This document shows, piece by piece, positions 26,544-35,600 of a DNA stretch of 64,000 bases. This DNA is from Clostridia bacterium (GTDB lineage: Bacteria > Bacillota > Clostridia > Oscillospirales > JAAYXM01), in NCBI GenBank assembly GCA_017559855.1, contig JAFYQP010000058.1, forward strand, positions 615 to 64,614. Reading direction: 5' to 3'. Each line of letters begins with the position of its first letter. Positions within the stretch are counted from its first letter, which is position 1. Both the position numbers and the translations under genes were made by a program. Below the pieces are notes generated by a model that was not told the DNA's origin, did not search any database, and was given only the letters and a program-made list of their open reading frames with translations.

Positions 26544-27667
26544 TTTTTAACAATCCTTTTAAATCCAATTGCCTTTGGCGGGCAAAGTTCATGACAACAA
26601 TAACATTTGACACACTGTGAATAATCGATTTTCGCCTTACCTTCCACAATCTCTATGGTATGCATCGGACAGGTTCGTGCACAAGCACCGCAACCGACAC
26701 ACTTTTTCTCATGAATTTGCGGATAAGGAGTTACAAGGCAACCTATAAGCCGTCTGAACTTTTCAGGCACAAGACGGATTAAGAAACCTGGCACCTTGCT
26801 CGATGCAGGGATAAAATACAGTTCGTGCATTTTGGGATCGTCACCTAAGTATTCCAACTCATAAGGTGTTTTGGGAATAAGTCCTCGCTCCTGTGCATCA
26901 TAAATCGTGGGTACGTCCTCGGACTTAAAGCCCATAACGCGGATTCCCGCAAGGTCTACCGCATGTGGATTGACACCGCCCAAAAGAAGTCCCGCTTCCT
27001 TTGCCGTACCACCGGACGGCCCTTTACCCTGCATTCCCACAACGCCGTCGATAACAGAAAAATCAGGTGATACCAACTGACACAAATCAACTATCATCTC
27101 ACAAAATTCTTCTTTTTCGGGGAATTTAGCATGGAACATAGGCTTTGTAAGGCCGGGAATAACTCCAAAAAGATTTTTAACCGCACCGGTATAATATGCA
27201 AAACCGTGGGTTTTAAGTTTTGCAACACTTACTATAAATTCCGCATCGTGCACGGGTTTGATTATTGGAACTTTACTGATTCTTTTTCCCGACGCATACT
27301 CCATTTCAACGTCGGAGGTATCGTAATTGAGTGTAGCACCGGTTTCCTCAGCAACTTTTGCCATTCCGGTAACCGAATATAATTTTTTAAGAATTTGTGT
27401 GGTATACATACCGCCGCAACTGTCCGCAATTGTAACCTCACAACCTGCATTCATAAACTCACGCACCAAAGCCTTTACAACCGACGGATGGGTGGTTGTG
27501 AAATCTCTCGGCTCACGTGCCATAAGCAAGTTGGGTTTTATAAGAACCTTTTTACCACCTGCAAGTTCCTTCGCACCGCCAAACTGAGCGAGCAGTCTAT
27601 GAATGGATTCCTCCACGATTTTTTCATCGTAGTTTTTACATTCGATAAGCGCTACACGTTTATCCAT
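26540..27667 (-). CDS. DUF362-domain protein with a C-terminal 2x[4Fe-4S] ferredoxin domain
   Basis: 375 aa. KKVLIKPNLL is DUF362-like. The C-terminus carries CVGCGACARTCP and CVKCYCCHELCP. It overlaps the ispE start by 4 nt. Confidence 0.8.
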   Translation of the reverse strand: MDKRVALIECKNYDEKIVEESIHRLLAQFGGAKELAGGKKVLIKPNLLMAREPRDFTTTHPSVVKALVREFMNAGCEVTIADSCGGMYTTQILKKLYSVTGMAKVAEETGATLNYDTSDVEMEYASGKRISKVPIIKPVHDAEFIVSVAKLKTHGFAYYTGAVKNLFGVIPGLTKPMFHAKFPEKEEFCEMIVDLCQLVSPDFSVIDGVVGMQGKGPSGGTAKEAGLLLGGVNPHAVDLAGIRVMGFKSEDVPTIYDAQERGLIPKTPYELEYLGDDPKMHELYFIPASSKVPGFLIRLVPEKFRRLIGCLVTPYPQIHEKKCVGCGACARTCPMHTIEIVEGKAKIDYSQCVKCYCCHELCPPKAIGFKRIVKK

Positions 27668-28843
27668 TTATTTTACACATCCTAACTTTTTAAGAAACGC
27701 CTCAATTCTCTCAAGTGCTTCTGTCAAATCACGCATTGACGATGCATAGCAGCAACGGACAAAACCTTCGCCGCACGCACCAAACGCGTTACCCGGAATT
27801 ACCGCAACGCCATGCTCTTTAAGCAAACGCTCACAGAATTCTTCGGAAGAGAGACCTGTAATCTCAATGGACGGGAATACGTAGAATGCACCTCTCGGTT
27901 CAAAGCAAGTAAGGCCGAGACTATTTAATCGGTCGCAAATTACACGACGACGACGGTTATATTCCTCACGCATCTCGGCGATGTCCTCATCACCGTTTTT
28001 AAGAGCCTCAACCGCTGCATACTGTGCGGTTGTCGGTGCAGACATAATAGCGTACTGATGGATAAGAGTCATCGGTTTGATAAGTTCACGAGGTCCTGTT
28101 GCGTAACCTAAACGCCAACCGGTCATTGCATACGCCTTTGAAAAACCGTTTACAACGATTGTACGCTCACGCATACCCGGAATTGACGCAGGTGTGCAAT
28201 GTTCAATGTCGTAGGTAAGTTCGGAATAAATCTCATCGGAAATCGCAATAAGATTATTCTCGATAATTACCTTTGAAACCGTTTCAAGTTCTTCTCTTGT
28301 CATAATTGCACCGGTTGGATTACACGGGAAAGGCAGGATAATAACCTTACTCTTCGGTGTAATTGCCGCCTTTAGCGCATCAGGAGTCAATTTGAAATTG
28401 GTTTCTTTAGTTGTTGCAATCGGCACAGGGGTTGCACCTGAAAGTGTTGCCATAGGACCGTAGCAAACGAAACTCGGTTCCGGAATAAGCACTTCATCCC
28501 CATTTTCAACAAGTGCACGGAGTGCAACGTCAATCGCTTCGCTTCCGCCTACGGTAACTAAAATCTCATCCTTGGGATCATATTCCATTTTTGTTTTTCG
28601 CTTTAAATAGTTGCTTATTTCACGGCGAAGTTCCATAGTACCCGCATTAGGCGTGTAGTGGGTGTAACCCTTTTCAAGAGAATAGATACCCGCATCACGG
28701 ATGTGCCAGGGGGTAACGAAATCCGGCTCACCGATACCAAGTGAAATCACGTCATCACGACCTACGAGAAGGTCGAAGAATTTACGGATACCCGACGGTT
28801 TTATATTTTTAAGCCTTGATGATAAAACATTATCGTAATTCAT
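27668..28843 (-). CDS. class I/II PLP aminotransferase (aspartate/aromatic type)
   Basis: 391 aa. The SKAYAMTGWRLGY lysine motif and the pairing with an AsnC-type regulator are typical. Confidence 0.9.
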   Translation of the reverse strand: MNYDNVLSSRLKNIKPSGIRKFFDLLVGRDDVISLGIGEPDFVTPWHIRDAGIYSLEKGYTHYTPNAGTMELRREISNYLKRKTKMEYDPKDEILVTVGGSEAIDVALRALVENGDEVLIPEPSFVCYGPMATLSGATPVPIATTKETNFKLTPDALKAAITPKSKVIILPFPCNPTGAIMTREELETVSKVIIENNLIAISDEIYSELTYDIEHCTPASIPGMRERTIVVNGFSKAYAMTGWRLGYATGPRELIKPMTLIHQYAIMSAPTTAQYAAVEALKNGDEDIAEMREEYNRRRRVICDRLNSLGLTCFEPRGAFYVFPSIEITGLSSEEFCERLLKEHGVAVIPGNAFGACGEGFVRCCYASSMRDLTEALERIEAFLKKLGCVK

Positions 28844-28858
28844 ACAATTCCCTCCCGA

Positions 28859-29338
28859 TTACAGAATAGTAAGACGTTCTTGTCCTTCGTCCTTCTGCTC
28901 AAATCTCACGCCGTGCTTTTTGAATTTCTGAAGAACAAAGTGCGTCGCAGTTGCAGTTACCTCTTTAAGCGGTGCAAGTTTTTCCGCAACGAACATGGCA
29001 ACTTCCTTGAGAGTCTTTCCTCGGATACTAACAAAAAGGTCGTATCCGCCGGACATAAGGTACACACTCTCCACCTCATCGTATTGGCTTATTCTGCGTG
29101 CAACACGCTCAAAGCCCTGACCTTGCTGCGGTGCAATGTGAATTTCAATAAGTGCGGATATTCGTTCCTTATCAACCTTTTCCCAATCGATAATCGGGCG
29201 GTAGCCGAGAATTATTTTTTCATCTTCCAATTTACGGATTTTCTCCTCAACTTCCGCAACCGTCATATCAAGCATACTTGCAATTTCACTTGCCGCAAGG
29301 CGGCAATCCTTATCAAGTAGTTCAAGAACTTTTCTCAT
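28859..29338 (-). CDS. Lrp/AsnC-family transcriptional regulator
   Basis: 159 aa. N-terminal HTH (LDKDCRLAASEIASMLDMT) plus a C-terminal RAM/AsnC domain. Confidence 0.9.
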   Translation of the reverse strand: MRKVLELLDKDCRLAASEIASMLDMTVAEVEEKIRKLEDEKIILGYRPIIDWEKVDKERISALIEIHIAPQQGQGFERVARRISQYDEVESVYLMSGGYDLFVSIRGKTLKEVAMFVAEKLAPLKEVTATATHFVLQKFKKHGVRFEQKDEGQERLTIL

Positions 29339-29350
29339 ATCATATACCTC

Positions 29351-30163
29351 CTAAATTGAGACCTTAATCGGCTCACTGTTTTTAAAATAAGTAAATTCAG
29401 AAAAACCTGCGGTTTTAATAAGTTTGCAGGCGTTATCAAATCCTGCTCCGATATCTTGTTTTGCGTGGGCATCGCTTCCTATGGTAATGTACTTTCCGCC
29501 AAGTTTGCGGTACATTTCAAGCACCCAAACCTCCATGCCGAGTTCTCCCATCCATTTACGCAGACCGCTTGTGTTTATTTCAAGCCCCATATCACGGTCA
29601 ACAAGCATTTGCAAAATTTCCTCGACCGTATCCTCATAGCCTTTGTAGGTCGGAAGCCCTGAATAACAATCCTTGAATCGTCTCATAATGTAGTCTAAAT
29701 GACCTAGCGTGTGGAATTTTCCGTGTTCTATCATTTCTTTAGTCTCGGCAAAATAGGTTTTAATATAAAAGTCCACGTTCTCAGGCGTATACTTTACATC
29801 GTATAAGTCCACATTTCCTTTAAAGAAATGAAGTGATCCCAAAATATAATCAAACTCAAATTCCTCAAGCACTTTTTTTGCGTACTCCGGATTCATGTGC
29901 GGTTGCCCCAATTCGCAGCCGAAAAGAAGGTCGATTTTACCCGCAAATTTAATACGAGCCGCCTCTACCTCTTCCTTTGCACCTAAAATACGTGCACGTT
30001 CAATATCATTATAGGGCACCTGCTCCATCGCCTCGGAATGGTCGGTAATAGTGAGCACGGAAACGCCTTTTTCAATTGCAGCAAGACACATATCTTCAAT
30101 TGATTCTGCACCGTCAAAAGAGTATTTTGAGTGTGTATGTGTGTCACAAAGCATAATTCTCAC
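29351..30163 (-). CDS. PHP-domain phosphatase, HisJ (histidinol-phosphatase) family
   Basis: 270 aa. CDTHTHSKYSFDG, later TDH, and GSDAH. The ATG at 30154 is an alternative to the GTG at 30163. Confidence 0.85.
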   Translation of the reverse strand: MRIMLCDTHTHSKYSFDGAESIEDMCLAAIEKGVSVLTITDHSEAMEQVPYNDIERARILGAKEEVEAARIKFAGKIDLLFGCELGQPHMNPEYAKKVLEEFEFDYILGSLHFFKGNVDLYDVKYTPENVDFYIKTYFAETKEMIEHGKFHTLGHLDYIMRRFKDCYSGLPTYKGYEDTVEEILQMLVDRDMGLEINTSGLRKWMGELGMEVWVLEMYRKLGGKYITIGSDAHAKQDIGAGFDNACKLIKTAGFSEFTYFKNSEPIKVSI

Positions 30164-30264
30164 CCCATTTTATTTATTATACTAAATCACGCTCTACTTT
30201 TCAATGAAAATATTGAATTTTTTTCTACTTTATGCTATCTTATTTTTACAAAGGAGGTTTTGCT

Positions 30265-30777
30265 ATGAAAAAGGGTGCTATGCGTGTTGCAACCATTGCT
30301 GTTTTAATTGCCCTTGCCCTCGCCCTTTCCGTCGCGGAGGGTTGGCTTCCTTTGGCATTTATCCCAATCCCCGGTGTTAAATTGGGACTCGCAAACATAA
30401 TTACACTGTTTGCACTTTGCTTTTTGAATTTCCGTGATGCAACGGTTATTTTAATGCTAAGATGCCTGCTTGCCTCCCTTTTCGGAAGCGGTATCGCCGC
30501 ATTTGCATTTTCGATAACAGGCGGTATTTTCGCCCTTGTCACAATGTATATTCTGCTAAAAAGCGGGAAATTCTCCCTTGCGGGCGTAAGTATTGCAGGG
30601 GCGGCAATGCACGGTGTCGGACAGATTATAGCATCGTTTTTTATGCTTTCTACGTTCTCCGTTGTTTTCTACCTGCCGTTTCTTCTTATCGCCGCAATAT
30701 TCACGGGCACTCTTACCGGCACGGTCTCCTACGTTCTGTTTAATCACCTTAAAAAAATATCAAAAACAAATGTTTAA
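30265..30777 (+). CDS. Gx transporter family membrane protein (heptaprenyl diphosphate synthase component I-like)
   Basis: 170 aa with five TM segments. LSVAEGWLPLAFIPIPGVKLGLANIITL is typical. Start at ATG 30265 with GGAGG 8 nt upstream. Confidence 0.8.
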   Translation: MKKGAMRVATIAVLIALALALSVAEGWLPLAFIPIPGVKLGLANIITLFALCFLNFRDATVILMLRCLLASLFGSGIAAFAFSITGGIFALVTMYILLKSGKFSLAGVSIAGAAMHGVGQIIASFFMLSTFSVVFYLPFLLIAAIFTGTLTGTVSYVLFNHLKKISKTNV

Positions 30778-30826
30778 AAAAGCCTTCTTGTGTCTATTCT
30801 TATAACACAAGGAGGCTTACATATTT

Positions 30827-31420
30827 ATGAAACGATTTTTTGAACCCGCACTTGCCATCGGGCTTGTTATCTCCCTCGTAATCGGTGCTCACGCCGATGT
30901 TATGCAAAAGGACATTTCAAACAGAGTTTTAAGACTTCATGTGATTGCAAATTCCGATAGTGAAGAAGACCAGGCGGAAAAACTTGCTGTTCGTGACATT
31001 GTTCTTGATAAAGCGAACATTCTTTTAGAAGATGCAAAATCCGTGGATGAAGTTAAAACCATCGTATCTGAAAACCTTGATATTTTTACCGATTGTGCTA
31101 AAACCGCTACCTCCCATCCCGTAAGAGCAGAACTTGTAGCAATGCACTTTCCTACCCGTGAGTACGACACCTTTTCCCTGCCCGCAGGTGAGTACGAGGC
31201 ATTGCGGATAATAATCGGTGATGGCGGCGGTCGAAATTGGTGGTGCGTAATGTTCCCTCCCCTTTGCTTAAGTGCCGCCGAGGCGGTAAAATATGCGGAA
31301 GAAGCGGGAATGAGTGACGATGAAATACGCTTTATTTCAGGTGGCGAAAATGAATACCGCTATAAATTCAAATTCCTTGAAATTCTGTCCGCAATCAGGG
31401 AAAAAGTTTGCAATTCGTAA
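30827..31420 (+). CDS. spoIIR: stage II sporulation protein R
   Basis: 197 aa. N-terminal anchor plus LRLHVIANSDSEEDQ and NWWCVMFPPLC, both signature SpoIIR motifs. Confidence 0.93.
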   Translation: MKRFFEPALAIGLVISLVIGAHADVMQKDISNRVLRLHVIANSDSEEDQAEKLAVRDIVLDKANILLEDAKSVDEVKTIVSENLDIFTDCAKTATSHPVRAELVAMHFPTREYDTFSLPAGEYEALRIIIGDGGGRNWWCVMFPPLCLSAAEAVKYAEEAGMSDDEIRFISGGENEYRYKFKFLEILSAIREKVCNS

Positions 31421-31471
31421 CCGAAGAATCCGCTTTTGCATAGGTTGATAGTAAGTCAGGAGGTATCATCT

Positions 31472-32527
31472 ATGGAAAGCGGATTCTTTTTAGGTGCAAA
31501 CTCAAAACACGGTTTCTATTCACTATACGACAATCTTATCGACCTTAAACGGGCAAAATGCGTGTATATTATAAAAGGCAGTCCCGGATGCGGAAAATCA
31601 TCTTTTATGCGAAAAATAAAAACCAAACTTGAGGAGAAATTTCACGTAGAGCAAATTTTCTGCTCCCTTGATTCAAATTCACTGGACGCAATTTTAATTG
31701 ACGAATTAGGCATAGCATTTGTAGACGGCACTTCCCCCCATGTTGTAGAGCCGAAATTCCCCATGGCGGTTGAGCGATACGTTAATTTAGGTGATTTTGC
31801 AGATGCAGACGCTCTTTCGGATAAAAAGAGTGAAATTATTGATATAACTGCAAAATATAAATCAGGCTTTGAGCGGATTTACAATTTCCTCTCCGTTGCA
31901 GGTGCAATTGAAAGCGAAATTTTTGATATCGCTTTAGGCGGTGTGGATATAAACCGTATCAAGAAAAAGGCGGTTGGCATTATCTCCCGTGAAATCACAA
32001 AACACGGAAGCGGTGGCAATGTTAAAAAGCGGTTTTTATCCTCAATCTCGGCAGATGGTTACGCCACAAACTTTGCCACAATTTCAGATATGGCAGATAA
32101 CGTGTACGTACTGGAGGATAATTTCGGGTTGGGTGCATTTTTACTCGCTCCCATTGCAGACGCGGCACGGGATGCAGGCTTTGACACAATTTTATGCTAT
32201 TCTCCCCTAACGCCTTCCCGCCTTGAACATCTTATAATTCCGGAATTAAAACTCGCTTTCGTAACATCCAAAAAGAGCGATGGTTACACCGGTGTATACA
32301 AAAGAAAAGTGCGGCTCGATGCATTGATCAATCAGGATATTTTACGAGACAAGAAAAAGAAAATTTCCTTCTCCCGCAAACTACTCCACGCAACAATAAA
32401 CGAGGCTTGTACGGCGCTAAAAGATTCCAAACTCATCCACGATGAAATCGAAGCACTCTACAACCCTCACATAGACTTTGACGGTGTGTACGCCCTTGCA
32501 GATAAAATTGCAAATGAAATAATTTGA
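31472..32527 (+). CDS. P-loop NTPase of unknown function (as I recall it, PRK06851-like)
   Basis: 351 aa from MESGFFLG (AGGAGG 8 nt upstream). Walker A GSPGCGKSS. The family name is from memory and was not verified. Confidence 0.7.
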   Translation: MESGFFLGANSKHGFYSLYDNLIDLKRAKCVYIIKGSPGCGKSSFMRKIKTKLEEKFHVEQIFCSLDSNSLDAILIDELGIAFVDGTSPHVVEPKFPMAVERYVNLGDFADADALSDKKSEIIDITAKYKSGFERIYNFLSVAGAIESEIFDIALGGVDINRIKKKAVGIISREITKHGSGGNVKKRFLSSISADGYATNFATISDMADNVYVLEDNFGLGAFLLAPIADAARDAGFDTILCYSPLTPSRLEHLIIPELKLAFVTSKKSDGYTGVYKRKVRLDALINQDILRDKKKKISFSRKLLHATINEACTALKDSKLIHDEIEALYNPHIDFDGVYALADKIANEII

Positions 32528-32630
32528 TTCCCGTTACTATAGTTTCATTATTGGCTTCCCCTTGAGGGGAAGGCTTTCACGTTATGATTTTTTCATTGGT
32601 AATAGCCATATTTGATTTTCATTATAAAAA

Positions 32631-32660
32631 GGACGGTTGTGGTTTTCCCCACTACCGTCC
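32631..32660. terminator. bidirectional intrinsic terminator closing the TIR operon
   Basis: 12-bp stem ggacggttgtgg/ccactaccgtcc (one mismatch) with a 6-nt loop, flanked by A5 and T6, 7 nt past the TIR gene stop. Confidence 0.75.
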
Positions 32661-32667
32661 TTTTTTA

Positions 32668-35600
32668 TTAATAGTCTTTTGGTTTGCCGCATTTTACACA
32701 CTTTTTGAAAAGCAGTCCTTTAAGTTCACCACCACAGTACTGACACACACCTGCGTTGCGGTACTGTTCTTTTTGCTGTTCAATTAAACGTAGTTTCTCA
32801 GCTCTCGCTGCAGAAAGTTCTCTTCTCTTTTCTTGCAATTCTGCAACAGATTCCGCTTCAATAGGTAATTGAATATCCTGCCATGCACCCACATTAGACT
32901 TTCCTCTATAATTGCTTCCTGCGGCAACAACCGTACCGTCACGTTTTAGACCAACAGTGTGGCAATCACCTGCAGAAATCGCAACTATATTCTCCCAATG
33001 CGATACATCGCACTGTCCGCAGTAATTATTACTGTACCCTACATATTTCGTGGCAACAACCGTACCGTCACGTTTTAGACCAACAGTGTGGCAATCACCT
33101 GCAGATATTGCAACAATATCCCGCCATTCGGAAACATTACATTGGCCACTCTTGTTATTTCCAACTGCAACAACAGTACCATCAGATTTAAGACCTACCG
33201 TGTGATAATAACCTGCTGAAATGGCTACTATATCCTTCCAATGTGACACTTCACACTGACCACTATTAGAACTGACAATCGAATCCAAAGAATCTGCAAT
33301 ATACTTTGTGGAAACAACAGTACCATCATATTTAAGTCCTACCGTGTGACAAGAGCCCGCAGAAACAGCGGCTATATCGTTCCAATCCGACACCTCACAT
33401 TGACCATTTCTACTGCTGCCAATAGCAACAACAGTTCCGTCAAACTTAAGACCTACCGTATGAAAGTTTCCCGCAGAAAAAGCAGCAATATCTCGCCACG
33501 AAGATACGTTACATTGGCCATTCTCGTTATTTCCAACTGCAACAACAGTACCATCAGATTTTAATCCTACCGTGTGACAGGAACCCGTAGCAACCGCAAC
33601 GATATCACTAAAATCTGATACTTCACATTGGCCGTAGTAAGATTTCTTGTCACCAATATACTCTGTTGCAATAACTGTACCATCAGATTTAAGACCAACC
33701 GTGTGGTAACAGCCTACGGCAATAGAATTTTGCGAGGTCATTACCAAGTTTTTTTCAAGTATCGGATAGAACTCTTCCTTTTTACTTTGCAGTTCTCTTT
33801 CCCTTTGTTTTAAAACTTCTCTGCGTTTAGCAAATAATTCTTCAACGCTCTCCGCTTCAATTGGAATTTGAATATCCTGCCAATCAGAAACATCGCATTG
33901 ACCGTGATAATTTATACCAACGGCAACCACGGTGCCATCATTCTTAAGTCCAACAGTGATGCAACGTCCTGCGAATACGGCAACCATATCAGTCCAATCT
34001 CTTACATCACACTCACCATCATCATTGTCACCAACGGCAACTACAGTGCCATCATTTTTAAGTCCGACAGTGTGACAAGAGCCTGCGGATATAGCGATAA
34101 TGTCTATCCAATCTCTCACATCGCACCGACCGTAATAATCATCACCAACGGCAACAACGGTGCCATCATTCTTAAGTCCGACAGTGTTGCAATCACCTGC
34201 AGATACGGCAACGATGTTTTTCCAAGAGGAAACCTTGCACTCACCGCAAGTGTTACTGCCTACCGCAACAACCGTGCCGTCACCTTTAAGTCCGACAGTG
34301 TGGTGATCACCTGCGGATACGGCAACTATATCAGTCCAATCTCTTACATCGCACTGACCGTGATCATTGTCACCAACAGCAACAACGGTGCCATCATTCT
34401 TAAGTCCGACAGTGTGGTGATAACCTGCGGATACGGCAACCATATCAGTCCAATCTCTTACATTGCACTGACGGTGATCATTGTCACCAAGGGCAACCAC
34501 GGTGCCATCATTCTTAAGTCCGACAGTGTGGTGATAACCTGCGGATACGGCAACCATATCGGTCCAATTTCTTACATTGCACTGACCGTCATCATTGTTA
34601 CCAACAGCAACAACGGTGCCATCATTCTTAAGTCCGACAGTGTGACAATTACCTGCAGAAATTACGCTTTGCAAATTTTTAGCCGCGTTTTTTTCTAATA
34701 TTGGGCGGAATTCCGCTTCTCTTTTCTCTTTCTCTTTGCGGCGTTTTTCCGTCTCTTCCTTAATACGTTCTTCTATACAGTTTATGTAACCTTCAAGTTC
34801 TTTTTTCAAGGCATCATCGCCGAATCGGATAACTTTTTGATAATTTGGATTCTCTTCAAAGGTTTCTTCACACTTTGACAAATCTTCACGAACTCTTATA
34901 TGTAATTCCGCCATAAGTTTGCCTAAGTACGCTTCTGCAAACTTGGCGTCGAAATTAAGCACTTTTTCAAAGAAATCGTCGGCTTTCTCCCACTCACCGT
35001 CTTCAAGTGCCATAAAACCACGCTCTAAAAGTGCGGTGAGGTTTCCGTTTGCGTTTTCTGCTGTTTGTGTTGCAGTTGTTACCGTTTCCTGCTTTGTTTC
35101 CGGGGTTGTAACCTTTTTAATACCACGGACAACGTCGTTTATAAAGCCGATTTTCGCCATATCCTGTGCCTGAAGGTGTGCAAACTCTTCGGGCAGTTCA
35201 TATGCGTCCATATCACGGTAGCAAGGAATTAAAAGTTTTGAACGATCTTTTTCTATTATTTTAAGGAATCGTGACCACTCGTTCTTTACCCATACCGCAC
35301 TGAAATATTCGGGCTTTGTACCGATAACAAGCATTACCTTTGCAGAGTTAAGTGCCGCAAAAATACACGGTTCGTAAGATTTTCCAAGTTTATCCTCAAG
35401 CGTTATTGCCGCATAGAAAACCTTTAAACCTTCATTGGTAAGTTGGTGGTATATATCATTTGCGATTACGGAATCCTGAGTTCTAGCACCCGATGCGTCG
35501 GTTTCCTTATAGCAGATAAAAACGTCGTAGTTCTCCTCACTTTGTGCAAGGGCGAGAATTTCTTTCTGTATTCTGTCGATCTCACGTGCTTCCGACTCGT

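Noticed and set aside
32869-34662. Regularly spaced repeats that might have been a CRISPR array
   Set aside because: The repeat period is 114-129 bp with no unique spacers. The units are contiguous, in frame, and encode a conserved 38-aa blade motif inside one long ORF. No cas genes are present.
33868-34698. 276-aa ORF on the + strand across the repeat region
   Set aside because: It lies exactly antisense to the 114-bp coding repeats of the TIR/propeller gene and inherits their periodicity. It has no RBS and its sequence is low-complexity (repeated NGNxGAIILKSDSV units). It is a shadow ORF.
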